Part shown: positions 19,440 through 29,613 of the stretch, piece after piece
Layout: every line of letters begins with the position of its first letter
Numbering within the stretch: the first letter of the stretch is position 1
DNA from: a virus
Taxonomy: Duplodnaviria > Caudoviricetes
Direction: 5' to 3' (one strand)
Length of the DNA: 51,783 nt
Virus record (IMG/VR): IMGVR_UViG_3300031652_000006
Span: 1 to 51,783 of that record
Notes under the pieces: model-generated
Database searches by the model: none
What the model was told of the DNA's origin: nothing
What the model saw: only the letters and a program-made list of their open reading frames with translations
Translations under genes and position numbers: made by a program

Positions 19440-20490
19440 GCCGAGTATAGAAGAAATATATCAACGTATAAAAGCTGATATGGAAAGTAGACTAACAGGA
19501 GGTCTGAAAGTTTTACGCGTGTCAATGTTAGGTATCTCTGCAACAGCTTTTTCTGGCGTGACACACTTAATGTATGGGTTTTTAGAGAGTATTTCTAGAC
19601 AGATGTTTGTTGATAAGGCAGATGAATATGGACTTACACGGTGGGGAAATATACTAGGGCTCCCAAGAGAGGCGCCTACGTATGCTACTGGTTACGTAGC
19701 TTTTACAGGTGTGTCTACATATACTGTTGTTGAAGGGACAGTAGTTGTCAACGGTAGCGGCATAGAGTATGAAACTCAAGATGACTTTGTTATAGGCACT
19801 GATACAATGGTAGAAATTGTCGCCACAACAGAAGGTGTGATTGGCAACACATCAGAGGATACGTTAAGTTTAAGCGTTCCGGACGTAAGCGTAAACACAG
19901 AGGTCGATGTTATTAGTGGCTTGGATGATGGCGCCGATTTAGAGTTATTGGAGAGTTGGCGATTAAGATTGTTGCAGCGATTACAGAATCCACCTGGATC
20001 GGGTAACGCCGCAGACTACGTACGATGGGCGTTAAGTGTAGCTAATGTAGATAACGCTTGGTGTATTCCAGAATATTCTGGGTCAGGTACAGTGGCAGTA
20101 GTAGTTTCAAAAAATGATTTTGAGTCAGTAGGCTTAACCGTATTAACAGATGTTGAAACATACATAGAATCTGTGAAGCCAGTACCGGCGGCCGTAACTT
20201 ATCTAGACATAAATCCTATTCCGGTAATATATACAATTGAAATAGAGCCATACAGCGTCGAATTACAAGGTGCTATTTCTGAAAAATTAAATGATTTACA
20301 TTTAGCTGAGTCTGGCCCAGGAAACACATTATTGCTCTCACATATACGCGCCGCTATAAGCTCATCGGGTGTAAATGATTATGATATTACAGATATAAAT
20401 GTAGATGGTTCATCGATAGGTGTAAATAATATAACATCATCAACTCCTGATACACCAGTTTTTGATTCATGTGTGTTTAGTGCACTATAA
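19429..20490 (+). CDS. Baseplate J-like protein, Mu gp47-like
   Basis: GADLE..WRLRLL..PPGSGNAADYVRWA. Confidence 0.93.
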   Translation: MLTRPSIEEIYQRIKADMESRLTGGLKVLRVSMLGISATAFSGVTHLMYGFLESISRQMFVDKADEYGLTRWGNILGLPREAPTYATGYVAFTGVSTYTVVEGTVVVNGSGIEYETQDDFVIGTDTMVEIVATTEGVIGNTSEDTLSLSVPDVSVNTEVDVISGLDDGADLELLESWRLRLLQRLQNPPGSGNAADYVRWALSVANVDNAWCIPEYSGSGTVAVVVSKNDFESVGLTVLTDVETYIESVKPVPAAVTYLDINPIPVIYTIEIEPYSVELQGAISEKLNDLHLAESGPGNTLLLSHIRAAISSSGVNDYDITDINVDGSSIGVNNITSSTPDTPVFDSCVFSAL

Positions 20491-21188
20491 TGACTGTTTT
20501 ATTTGATAAATTTAAATTTGCGCAACGTTGGTTTGAAAACGCTTACTCAGATTTACTCCACGATTTATTTCCAGACGGCTTTATTTGGATATTTGATCGT
20601 GTAAATTTTGTAAGTTATTTGCAAGATACGATTGGATCTTCTGTTTTATTGCAAGACAGTACATCGAGTGACACGGTACTACAGGATACCACATATTCAT
20701 CCGGAGGAAGCGGTAATATATTTAGAAGATTTCTATTTTGTTTCGCAGCAGAATTAGCGCGCTTCGAAGGAAAAGCGTGGGATGTACTGAATCAAACCGA
20801 TCCTGGTGTCGCAGTTGATTTATTGTCAGACTGGGAACGTGTATTAGGTTTACCCGAAGAATGTTTCGCCGATGAGACGCTAACTGTAGACGAACGCCAA
20901 GAGATAGCACACAATAAATTATTTTCTACAGGTGTAATTGCTAATGAATCTTTTTATATTAATTATGCGGCAACAATGGGCTTTACGGTTACAGTTGAAG
21001 AGATACCGGAAGATAGCTCTCCCAGAATTATGGGTGTCGCGATAATGGGTGTCGAACCAATGGGTGGATCTGGTGGTTACTCTATACTAAAAATAACGGT
21101 AGTTTCAGGCACTGGAAATATTAATGTTTTACAGTGTGCAATAGACAGATTAAAACCAGCACACGTAACTATAGTTTGGGTGATATAA
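20490..21188 (+). CDS. Baseplate protein, Mu gp48/YmfQ (DUF2313)-like
   Basis: LLSDWERVLGLP..C, LQC..LKPAH. Confidence 0.9.
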   Translation: MTVLFDKFKFAQRWFENAYSDLLHDLFPDGFIWIFDRVNFVSYLQDTIGSSVLLQDSTSSDTVLQDTTYSSGGSGNIFRRFLFCFAAELARFEGKAWDVLNQTDPGVAVDLLSDWERVLGLPEECFADETLTVDERQEIAHNKLFSTGVIANESFYINYAATMGFTVTVEEIPEDSSPRIMGVAIMGVEPMGGSGGYSILKITVVSGTGNINVLQCAIDRLKPAHVTIVWVI

Positions 21189-21189
21189 G

Positions 21190-23466
21190 ATGTCTTATGA
21201 AGAAGTTAGAATACAGCGGATAATAGATTTAATTGCTAATATAAATTCTGGACAGATTGCCATAGAGCCTGGTGCAGATAGCGACTTGGGTTATGCTATG
21301 CTTGGTTATAAAGATTCATCTGGAAATGCTTACAAAGTATTAGTGAAGGATGAACCTGGGCGATTGGCTTATTTAGACTTTGTGGATAATGATGATAGTA
21401 TAGGTGATGGTCGTTTGCTTTTTGATGATGATACAGATAGTTTTCATGTTGGTTTAAATAGTAGTGTAGATGTCACGTTGGGAGAAGACTCTTTAATACG
21501 AAGTTACAATAACTCGGGATCAGAAATAGCTAAGGGTGTAGCTGTTAAAATATCTGGTGTTAATAGTGGAGTACCAACAATTGCATTAGCAGATAAAGAT
21601 ACCGTTACTTTTTCTGATTTTGTATTTGTAACTTCAGAGGATATAGCAGATTCTTCTTATGGTTATATAGCACGTTATGATCATATCGATTCTTTGAATT
21701 TAAGTTCTTTTAGCGATAACGATACGTTGTGGCTTGACGATGATGGAGGTTATCAAAATACACAACCAAACGCACCTGCAGTGTCAACCAAGATAGGTAG
21801 TGTATTAAGTAATAGTGCAACACAGGGTATTTTATTTTCGGATATTAGTGTTGTACCGAAAATAACAGAGCTGTCCGATGTTAATCGGACTAGCGGCCCC
21901 TCGGATGGTCAAGGTTTAGCTTGGTCTGATTCGAATAATCGCTTTGAATTTGTTAATCTGTCTAGCGGTACGGCTACTTTAGCAGACGGTGCAGTTGGTT
22001 TTGGGGATTCGAGCAATGAGTTATTTGGCGATGATATAAACTTTACGTGGGATTATATAAACAGATGGCTATTGATAGGTGTCACAGCACCAATAAGCCT
22101 TAGTGGTAATGATTGCTTATATGTCGAGGGAATAACTGAACATAAGTCGACTGTATTTTTTAGAGCCGATGTTAGACTATATGACGATGAATTAATGCTT
22201 TTTGGCAGTCCAGGTGTTTCTTGCGGTATGTTTTTCAATACATCGCACACAAATGAATGTTTACAGTTGACTGTTGATAATACGTCTAGAAACTTTGTAG
22301 TTACAAGTTATGACGATAAAGGTGTGAATTGTAATTTTTCTTCGCAAACAAATCCAACATTGTTCTTAGCATCAGATAGTATAAACTCAGATCAAACACA
22401 GTACTTGAGTTTAACACACAACCAGGCAGATGGTTTGCTGACATCAGGAAAAGGGTCAGTAGCTTTTTCAGATGAGTTTGTTGCAGCATCAGACTGGACA
22501 GATACAAACATACCTTTATTTAATTCCTCTGCTGAATGGAGTGCAGCATATTCTTTGTTAAGTAGCAGTACTGGATCAGTGTGGGCTTTGATTGATGCGG
22601 CCGCTAATTCAGGCAGTAGTATTAGTAATTTGCAAGAAGCTTATGAAGGTGGTAATACTATTGTATCCACTAATTCTGATGGTCTAGTTTCAATTTCTAG
22701 CGATGCTAGTGCTACAGTACCTGTGCTTACATTAGCGAGTGGTAATGCAACTACAGGTGGGGATATAATTTCTATAAATAATGACAATATTAATGCTAAT
22801 GCTGTTTACTTTGAGGGATCTGCCGGAGATGGCGAAGAGGTTTTTGGGCATTTGTTGAAAGCAGATGGTTCTATTTCAATTTTAGGTGATTTTTCTTACA
22901 ATGGACGGGCTTTTTTCAACGCGCAAAAATACACCGGTGAAGGGACAACTGTATATGGGATTTTACGGGCGGAGGATACGGGTTCAGATTCAGGAGAAGT
23001 TAAGGTAGATAGTGATGGAAACGTCACTGTAACAAGTACTGACGACATCATTCTGAATTCTGCAAGCACAATTCAACTAGATGCAACAAGCTATATCACG
23101 TGTCAAGACACTTCTGTGCGAGATGTTCAGAATATTTCATATAATGACACATTAACATATGTTCATCTATTCTCGGGTGTTGCTTTTATAAATTGGATCA
23201 CAGGAACTAATATACAAAAAATAGACTTGGATGCAAACTGTACTTCTGTCAGCATGACAAATCCTGCTGGACCGGCAGAATTGCACTTAATTTTTGAATG
23301 CGACGGATCGTCTAGAACGTTTACAAATTTTTCGGGTACAGTCATCTGGTTCGGAGATAGTAATCCAGACACTACGCCTTATGCAGTTCCCGCAAATGAA
23401 GATGTTATTGTTAAGTTAATATTTGACGGTACTAGTTATCGTGCTTGGGTTATGTCGCAAGTATAA
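21190..23466 (+). CDS. Putative tail fibre / receptor-binding protein
   Basis: 758-aa acidic, S/D/G-rich modular ORF right after the baseplate; ELSDV..DGQGLAW fibre-type motif. Confidence 0.75.
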   Translation: MSYEEVRIQRIIDLIANINSGQIAIEPGADSDLGYAMLGYKDSSGNAYKVLVKDEPGRLAYLDFVDNDDSIGDGRLLFDDDTDSFHVGLNSSVDVTLGEDSLIRSYNNSGSEIAKGVAVKISGVNSGVPTIALADKDTVTFSDFVFVTSEDIADSSYGYIARYDHIDSLNLSSFSDNDTLWLDDDGGYQNTQPNAPAVSTKIGSVLSNSATQGILFSDISVVPKITELSDVNRTSGPSDGQGLAWSDSNNRFEFVNLSSGTATLADGAVGFGDSSNELFGDDINFTWDYINRWLLIGVTAPISLSGNDCLYVEGITEHKSTVFFRADVRLYDDELMLFGSPGVSCGMFFNTSHTNECLQLTVDNTSRNFVVTSYDDKGVNCNFSSQTNPTLFLASDSINSDQTQYLSLTHNQADGLLTSGKGSVAFSDEFVAASDWTDTNIPLFNSSAEWSAAYSLLSSSTGSVWALIDAAANSGSSISNLQEAYEGGNTIVSTNSDGLVSISSDASATVPVLTLASGNATTGGDIISINNDNINANAVYFEGSAGDGEEVFGHLLKADGSISILGDFSYNGRAFFNAQKYTGEGTTVYGILRAEDTGSDSGEVKVDSDGNVTVTSTDDIILNSASTIQLDATSYITCQDTSVRDVQNISYNDTLTYVHLFSGVAFINWITGTNIQKIDLDANCTSVSMTNPAGPAELHLIFECDGSSRTFTNFSGTVIWFGDSNPDTTPYAVPANEDVIVKLIFDGTSYRAWVMSQV

Positions 23467-23493
23467 AAAAGACAAAAATATTTGAGGTAAAAG

Positions 23494-23931
23494 ATGAAAA
23501 AGGAAACGACATTAATAAAATCACTTCACTATAAAAGATTATTTACAATTATGTGTAATAACAAAGCATCAATAAAATTTAATTATGCTGTGCTAAAAAA
23601 TTTAAAGAGTTTAAGTAAAGCTGTTCAAGAAACTGAAAAAATACGTGACGATATTTTAAAAAGTGATCTAGAACTGTCGAATCAGATAAAAGAATATGAA
23701 CAGAAATTATTAAAGCTAAATAGAAGTGAATCGACAGCATACAAAAAAGATTATGATACGTTGACTGATAAGTATTCAAATGCATGTGAAAAAAGAATAG
23801 AACTATTAAATTTGCCTGTTGTTTTCGACACATATAAATTTAATATAGCAGACTTAACTAATGTATTCGACGATTATACGACTGAGATCGCTAATTTGTT
23901 GCTAGAACTGGATTTGTTGGAAGATGGCTAG
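23494..23931 (+). CDS. Hypothetical coiled-coil protein (possible fibre chaperone)
   Basis: SD GAGG; follows fibre gene. Confidence 0.55.
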   Translation: MKKETTLIKSLHYKRLFTIMCNNKASIKFNYAVLKNLKSLSKAVQETEKIRDDILKSDLELSNQIKEYEQKLLKLNRSESTAYKKDYDTLTDKYSNACEKRIELLNLPVVFDTYKFNIADLTNVFDDYTTEIANLLLELDLLEDG

Positions 23932-24250
23932 TATATACGAAAGATTAACATCTGTAGAGGTAAATCTAAATAATTTAAATGAAAAAGTTGAGCGTAGGTT
24001 CGACGATTTTGAGTTACGACTTACAGAAAAAATAGAAAACATAGGCTCGTGTATTGCGAATGTTGATAAAAAAATAGATGCCCGTGTCAACAGTTGCCCC
24101 GTTCTTAGCGCTGTGAAAGAAAATCAAAAAAAATATTTAAAAGAAACGTTAGCTAAGAATAAAATTAAGAAAAATAGAATTATATCGATTATAATATCTA
24201 TAATTTTATTAACGACTGTAGCATTACTAAATTATCTAAAAGGAAACTAA
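23924..24250 (+). CDS. Holin-like membrane protein
   Basis: N-terminal coiled coil (ERLTSVE) and a single C-terminal hydrophobic helix. Confidence 0.5.
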   Translation: MASIYERLTSVEVNLNNLNEKVERRFDDFELRLTEKIENIGSCIANVDKKIDARVNSCPVLSAVKENQKKYLKETLAKNKIKKNRIISIIISIILLTTVALLNYLKGN

Positions 24251-25132
24251 ATGCATAGAATAGAAGATTGGGACGGCGATACTGTTACAGAAAGTGGCCA
24301 CAACCGATTTAAAGATCGTGCGCTACCCACATATCCAGGTACTGTGGACAAAGCGGAATTCAATAATGCTGTGATGGAGGAATTGTGCTACATTGTGGAA
24401 AACTATGGCGGTGATTGCGACATAACACCGTCTGCTGATCGTACAGCTGGATGGCACGCAGTACACGACGCCATATTTAGTGATGGAAACATAACCTCTG
24501 ATGCAATAGATAATATAAGTGTTGCCAAACTTTCTATAGGTACACTTTCTATAACTTCTGGAACGTACACGTGGGAACAAGCCTACGGAGGTTTAATTTA
24601 TAAGCAAGATGTTTCGGGAACTATTTATCAGCATACAATGTTTGATAACGAGGGTATCCACATTGATAGAAAAAATGGTGACCCAGAAGATGATGTTTAT
24701 TTAACTATAGACGGATTAGATTGTAAAATAGAGAATAGTGGCGGTACAGCTACTTTGCTGCGGACAGTGTATGGATCGCGCGGTATCACATACGCTGAAG
24801 GACCGGGTAATGTTTCCGCGTTTGAATCTGCCAATGTTCGTAAAGCTGTTTTTGACCTGTCGTCTGCGGCTTGGACGTTAGATGCGGGCAATGTTTATTA
24901 TTACGGTGCAGATTTGGACTCATCTGGTATACCAGACACAGCAGAGGTATACAGTGCTTTTGTCAAAGTATCATATGGTAGCGGTGGTTATTATCGTCTC
25001 CATCCGGCTGACGTGCGCATTAGTGCGAGTGGAGGTTACCTTGAATTAATCAGTATACGCATAGTATCGACAGCGGCACCAGATAACGGTTGTCAGCTAA
25101 TAATCGAATATGACGCTAGTTCGGTGTCATAA
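24251..25132 (+). CDS. Tail fibre protein with Mu-type baseplate-attachment N-terminus
   Basis: MHRIE..PGT..AEFNNAVMEEL..VE resembles the MHRID..QEEL N-terminus of Mu-like fibres. Confidence 0.75.
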   Translation: MHRIEDWDGDTVTESGHNRFKDRALPTYPGTVDKAEFNNAVMEELCYIVENYGGDCDITPSADRTAGWHAVHDAIFSDGNITSDAIDNISVAKLSIGTLSITSGTYTWEQAYGGLIYKQDVSGTIYQHTMFDNEGIHIDRKNGDPEDDVYLTIDGLDCKIENSGGTATLLRTVYGSRGITYAEGPGNVSAFESANVRKAVFDLSSAAWTLDAGNVYYYGADLDSSGIPDTAEVYSAFVKVSYGSGGYYRLHPADVRISASGGYLELISIRIVSTAAPDNGCQLIIEYDASSVS

Positions 25133-25146
25133 AGAAAGAGGTAATA

Positions 25147-25392
25147 ATGAAAAGTAAAATTGATTTGTTTGTAATGTGTTTTGCTATTGTTGCACTGATT
25201 ATGTCTTGTGCCTCATTAAAGAATAGTACAGATCCAGAAACGGTCATTACAGTTGTGAAAAGTGCTTGCGAAATCGCTTGTAGTAAACAAGTGGAGATGG
25301 ATCAAGAGTCATGTTACAAACTTTGTGATATGACAGATGATATTACAGATATGGTTGAAAAAAACTATGATATAAACTTAAAACAAAAATAA
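25147..25392 (+). CDS. Small Cys-rich lipoprotein
   Basis: Basic N-terminus, hydrophobic core, lipobox-like IMSC; CxxxC twice. Confidence 0.65.
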   Translation: MKSKIDLFVMCFAIVALIMSCASLKNSTDPETVITVVKSACEIACSKQVEMDQESCYKLCDMTDDITDMVEKNYDINLKQK

Positions 25393-25400
25393 AAATGCTA

Positions 25401-27359
25401 TTATTTTAAGTTTCCCCAGCTAGAACCTATTTCTTCATCAACTTTTAACGGTACCCTTAAGTCTAATACAGTTTCACAAGTGTGACGTATTTCTTTAAAC
25501 ACATTATCGCAATCGCCTGGATCGTCAAAATCAAGTTCATCATGTACAGTTAACAGTGGTACACCGACAGAATTAAACAAGCCATCCTCATAACATTTCA
25601 ACATACCTGCTTTTAAAATATCAGCCGCTGATCCTTGTAATTTTCTGTTTAGTGCTTTATGAAGCATTGCTCGAATTATCTCTGAACCGTATGTCTTTAG
25701 CGCTTTGTCATAAGGCAAAGGCTTCGGACGAGCTTCAAAGTAATCACGCCAATTTATAGGTTCATATAAGTTAAATCTAGATTTTCTACCAAGAATTGTG
25801 TCAATAAAACCGTTATTCTTAGCAAAGTTCATACACCATTCCATAGTCTCTTTAGCAAATGGTACACTTGTATGATAAGCTTCAAATAATTTTTTAGCTT
25901 CATCATTAGCAAGATTAAGATTATTTCCTAATCTAAATTCTGACATCCCATAAACAAGACCAAAATTAATAGTTTTAGCAGGTGATCTATCTAAAGTCAT
26001 ACCAGTCAATTTTTTAATCAAATCGATTGTCATGCTGTGATAATCTGTATTTGGTTTTGTACAGTATAAATGCCTAGCTTCATCACTACCATCACCGACA
26101 GCGAAATTGACAAGCATTCTATATTCAACTTGTGATTGGTCTTGTTTTCTCCACCCTTTATTATAAGGTATAAATAATTTTCTAATCTCTCTTCCAAGGG
26201 CGGTTCTGTATGGTACTTGTTGTAAATTTGGATCTGACGCTGACAAACGACCCGATCTTGTTCCACTCGCGTCACTGCGTAAAGGGTGAAATTGGCAATG
26301 TATTCTACCATTCACACTATGATTTATTATGGCATTTTGTATAAACGTATTTCTTAATTTATCTAACTCACGTATTTCCACAATTAGTTTGGCGATATTA
26401 CTTGAACTAAATGTTAAGAAATTTTTCGTGAAACTTGGATTGCCCTTCTCTGTTTTTTCGTACGCTAGTCCATTACGATCAAAAGCCGATGCTATACTCT
26501 TAGATGCGTAAACGTCAACGGATTGCTTTGCAGTCCAGTTTAATTCTTTCTGCTTTTTTAGTTGTTGTTGTTTTAGTTTATCTGATAGCTTGTCAGCAGC
26601 TTCTAAGTCTATTCTTACACCACGTTGACGCATTTTGACAAGTAGTGGAATCAATTTATTCTCCATTATAAATAGATCCCATAAGTTTTCAGCTTTCAAT
26701 TTTTTGTATAGAACAGGCATGAGCCTGAGCGGAATATCAACGTCGCTCTCGGCATAAGGACCGACAAGTTGCGGCGGTGTTCTGTGGATATTAGCTCGCT
26801 GTTTACCGTTTGGCTGTCCCCCGAAAGCTTCTGAGCACCATTGATATAAGGTGTTGCTTTCTTTTCCTAAGCCTAGATATTTTTTGCCTAAGGCGTCTAA
26901 TGCAACAGGGTCTTGCTCAGACAGTAACGCTTCTGCAAATTGGACATCGTACAGTTGACCTTTAACATCAATACCTTCTTCCGATAACCAACCGACATCA
27001 TACAATAGATTCGCCCCAACTTTAGGTGTATTTGTGGACAACTCTTTTTTAAGCCAATTAAAAACTTTTTCAGGTTTTAAATTTAAACTACAGCCTACTG
27101 TATGACGAACAGGAAGGTACCAGCGACCGTCATTGTCTGCCCCAATAGAAACACCAACGATATGCCCTTCTCCGCGAGCCCATCCCGGTCCTCGCTTGAT
27201 CAACCCCGGATCATAAGTCTCCACATCGATTGCCAGTAATTTGGCATCCGATAAACGCGGTAAATCTCTAGGCGGTTTCCAGTTGTTAGAAGGTATAGGC
27301 GGTATTTTTCGCTTTTTTGCTTTTAGAACTGAATTTATATTCCAAAATATACCTGTCAT
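25401..27359 (-). CDS. polA: Family A DNA polymerase with 3'-5' exonuclease domain
   Basis: DVET, TRSGRLS..PNLQQVP, DQSQVEYR, KTINFGLVYG, LQGSAAD, VHDEL. Confidence 0.97.
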   Translation of the reverse strand: MTGIFWNINSVLKAKKRKIPPIPSNNWKPPRDLPRLSDAKLLAIDVETYDPGLIKRGPGWARGEGHIVGVSIGADNDGRWYLPVRHTVGCSLNLKPEKVFNWLKKELSTNTPKVGANLLYDVGWLSEEGIDVKGQLYDVQFAEALLSEQDPVALDALGKKYLGLGKESNTLYQWCSEAFGGQPNGKQRANIHRTPPQLVGPYAESDVDIPLRLMPVLYKKLKAENLWDLFIMENKLIPLLVKMRQRGVRIDLEAADKLSDKLKQQQLKKQKELNWTAKQSVDVYASKSIASAFDRNGLAYEKTEKGNPSFTKNFLTFSSSNIAKLIVEIRELDKLRNTFIQNAIINHSVNGRIHCQFHPLRSDASGTRSGRLSASDPNLQQVPYRTALGREIRKLFIPYNKGWRKQDQSQVEYRMLVNFAVGDGSDEARHLYCTKPNTDYHSMTIDLIKKLTGMTLDRSPAKTINFGLVYGMSEFRLGNNLNLANDEAKKLFEAYHTSVPFAKETMEWCMNFAKNNGFIDTILGRKSRFNLYEPINWRDYFEARPKPLPYDKALKTYGSEIIRAMLHKALNRKLQGSAADILKAGMLKCYEDGLFNSVGVPLLTVHDELDFDDPGDCDNVFKEIRHTCETVLDLRVPLKVDEEIGSSWGNLK

Positions 27360-27360
27360 T

Positions 27361-28311
27361 TTAGTGTATAATTTTGCCTGCGATTAGTCCTTTTAGGTTT
27401 GATCCAGTGAAAGGACATGGGCTTGGGTACGACGAGAAATCAATATGTGTAGCAATGTCTTGTAGATCACTTAATTGCTTATAAGAGAAACGACTGGTTT
27501 TTATATTATTTAAGCTAGGTACAATGACTTGTGCTCCTTTGTCAAAATCTATATGAGTTTGAAGTTTATTTTTTGTTATATACACATCACTATCTTTGTT
27601 TAAAAAATTTTTTATTTTTTTTAAGCTTTCGAAAAAATCTGATTTAATAGTAGTAGCTTTATTTATATTCGTTTTTATTTCATAGTCATCAGGCCAGCGT
27701 GCATCAATACAAGACGTTTTTAAAATACCTTTTTTATATAAAAAATATAAACAATTATCCTTTTCTGATATGAAAGATGGCGCTATGTTAATGCGTAATA
27801 AATTCATTACTGTTTGTGCTGGAATGATATAATTTTTAGTCAGTTTTAAATCAATAGCATGTTCAATAAAAACTAAGCTGTTAGTCGACAACATTTTTCC
27901 TTGTCGTAATAAAATTCCTGTAGCCCACTGATGCGCAGTATCAGTAGCCATAAATCTCGATAATTTTTTAATTATGTCTAGAAAGTTTTTTGGAACTTTT
28001 ATTTTTTTAAATTTTTTCGGTGGTTCGACAAAACATGAATCGTGTTTCGGTAAATTTATTTTTACGCCATTGCCAGTAGCAATAAATTTATTATTTGTTT
28101 CGTATAAGCTTTCTAATTGAGTAGCTTTATAAGCTTCAAAGAATAGTTTACTATTTACACAAATATCTTGCTTGTTGGAAAACAGATGCCAGGTTGACAT
28201 AATGCCATCTGTTGTAAAAATTATACCTTTGTGGGTACTAACTAAACTTGTGCTAGGTACTAATTGGGTTTCACTTGTAGTGCCACACACGAAATGTATT
28301 GCTTTATCCAT
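27361..28311 (-). CDS. DNA polymerase beta sliding clamp-like protein
   Basis: TDG, WATGILL..STNS, RWPD, PCPF..GLIAG; adjacent to Pol; start MDKAIHF assumed. Confidence 0.75.
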   Translation of the reverse strand: MDKAIHFVCGTTSETQLVPSTSLVSTHKGIIFTTDGIMSTWHLFSNKQDICVNSKLFFEAYKATQLESLYETNNKFIATGNGVKINLPKHDSCFVEPPKKFKKIKVPKNFLDIIKKLSRFMATDTAHQWATGILLRQGKMLSTNSLVFIEHAIDLKLTKNYIIPAQTVMNLLRINIAPSFISEKDNCLYFLYKKGILKTSCIDARWPDDYEIKTNINKATTIKSDFFESLKKIKNFLNKDSDVYITKNKLQTHIDFDKGAQVIVPSLNNIKTSRFSYKQLSDLQDIATHIDFSSYPSPCPFTGSNLKGLIAGKIIH

Positions 28312-28330
28312 AATTATTTTTTGAAACTGA

Positions 28331-28732
28331 TTACTTGGATGTGCGTTTTCGGAGCGCTGGTAGACTGTGTTCTTTGCGCCAGTTACACATGACCACACCG
28401 ATCAACGCATTTGAAGGATCAAATTCTGGATGCTTTACTCGAATAGAGTTTACTCGCGCAATGACAGCTTGTCTGTCTGGTTGCTCGCCCGTTTTTTCAT
28501 ACATCATGTCTAGCAATTTTCTCAATTTGTTAGACACGCTATTAGCTCTCGGTCCTCTTTTTGTCGTTTCTTTTTCAGCTACTTTCTCTTTGACTGCCTT
28601 TTTCTTAGCCGCGCTCTTTTTTTCTACCTTCTTCTTGGCAAGTGTTTTCTTAGCCGCTTTCTTATTGGTAGACGTCTTCTTGGCCACTTTTTTTTCAGCT
28701 ACATTTTTTTTCTTTGTTTTTTTTGCAGACAC
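28331..28732 (-). CDS. Basic protein with histone H1-like Lys/Ala-rich N-terminus
   Basis: Repeated KKAAKK/KKVAKK segments followed by a small helical domain. Confidence 0.7.
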   Translation of the reverse strand: MSAKKTKKKNVAEKKVAKKTSTNKKAAKKTLAKKKVEKKSAAKKKAVKEKVAEKETTKRGPRANSVSNKLRKLLDMMYEKTGEQPDRQAVIARVNSIRVKHPEFDPSNALIGVVMCNWRKEHSLPALRKRTSK

Positions 28733-28759
28733 TTTTTAAATTCCTTTCTATAAATATTG

Positions 28760-29026
28760 CTAATACTTTTTTAATATATATTTCTTTAACTTGTCAAGCT
28801 TATTCTTATTAAAAATAAAACTATTTGCTTTTTTTGTTGTTATATACAAATAATCGGATTGTATCTCTAACAAATCGGATAGGGTCATGATTATTAAGCG
28901 CGTTTTTATATCACGTTCATTTAGTTTTAATAGTTTACTTACTCTATTAATTTCAAATGTTTTATTCGTATGTCTCAACACATATATTACGTTTATAATA
29001 TTAATGTTTTTTGAATCGGGCGCCAT
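28760..29026 (-). CDS. Putative winged-helix protein
   Basis: VSKLLKLNERDIKTRL..LLE..YITTKK pattern. Confidence 0.45.
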   Translation of the reverse strand: MAPDSKNINIINVIYVLRHTNKTFEINRVSKLLKLNERDIKTRLIIMTLSDLLEIQSDYLYITTKKANSFIFNKNKLDKLKKYILKKY

Positions 29027-29031
29027 ATCAA

Positions 29032-29301
29032 TTACTTTTTACGCTGTTGCCGAAGTCTTTTTCGACGATTCGCATCTTGCTGTCTATTTCGAAAATTTGT
29101 GTATTCATTTTCAATGACCGGAATAATTTTTTTTATTCTTGCATCGATTTCTTTGGTGCTAATTTTATTTCTAATGCTATATCCGAAGCTTCGTAATATA
29201 TTAATTTTGTTTTGTCTTTTTATCTTTTTTATTTCGCATAGACAAATAGCTAATCTTTTTAGCTTAAGCTGTCTTATCTTGATAGAATGTCTCGTACTCA
29301 T
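29032..29301 (-). CDS. Hypothetical basic protein
   Basis: SD GGAG; operon context. Confidence 0.6.
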   Translation of the reverse strand: MSTRHSIKIRQLKLKRLAICLCEIKKIKRQNKINILRSFGYSIRNKISTKEIDARIKKIIPVIENEYTNFRNRQQDANRRKRLRQQRKK

Positions 29302-29310
29302 TTTTACTCC

Positions 29311-29589
29311 TTATAATTTTGAGATTTTGTCCAGCACATGTGTAACAAAAATGGAACTGACACATAACAAATCTGGTTCCCTTGACAAAACTGTCGAATC
29401 AAAATCAAGGCATCCGTTTTTTCCGATAACTGCTACTTTATACACTATGCCATTTACTTTTTTAATAACCGATGCACCATATCCATTTGCAAATTTAAAT
29501 CGCCACTTTTCTCTAGGATCGTTACCCAATCGGTCAAGAATTACGTGTTTCTCACAATTATGCTCAAACGATTTCATAGTCTTCCTCAA
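29311..29589 (-). CDS. Phage hypothetical protein
   Basis: FKFANGYGASVI..VAVI motif, familiar from phage accessory genes. Confidence 0.75.
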   Translation of the reverse strand: MRKTMKSFEHNCEKHVILDRLGNDPREKWRFKFANGYGASVIKKVNGIVYKVAVIGKNGCLDFDSTVLSREPDLLCVSSIFVTHVLDKISKL

Positions 29590-29613
29590 TTTTCGGTTGT
29601 TTCTGTTACCATT

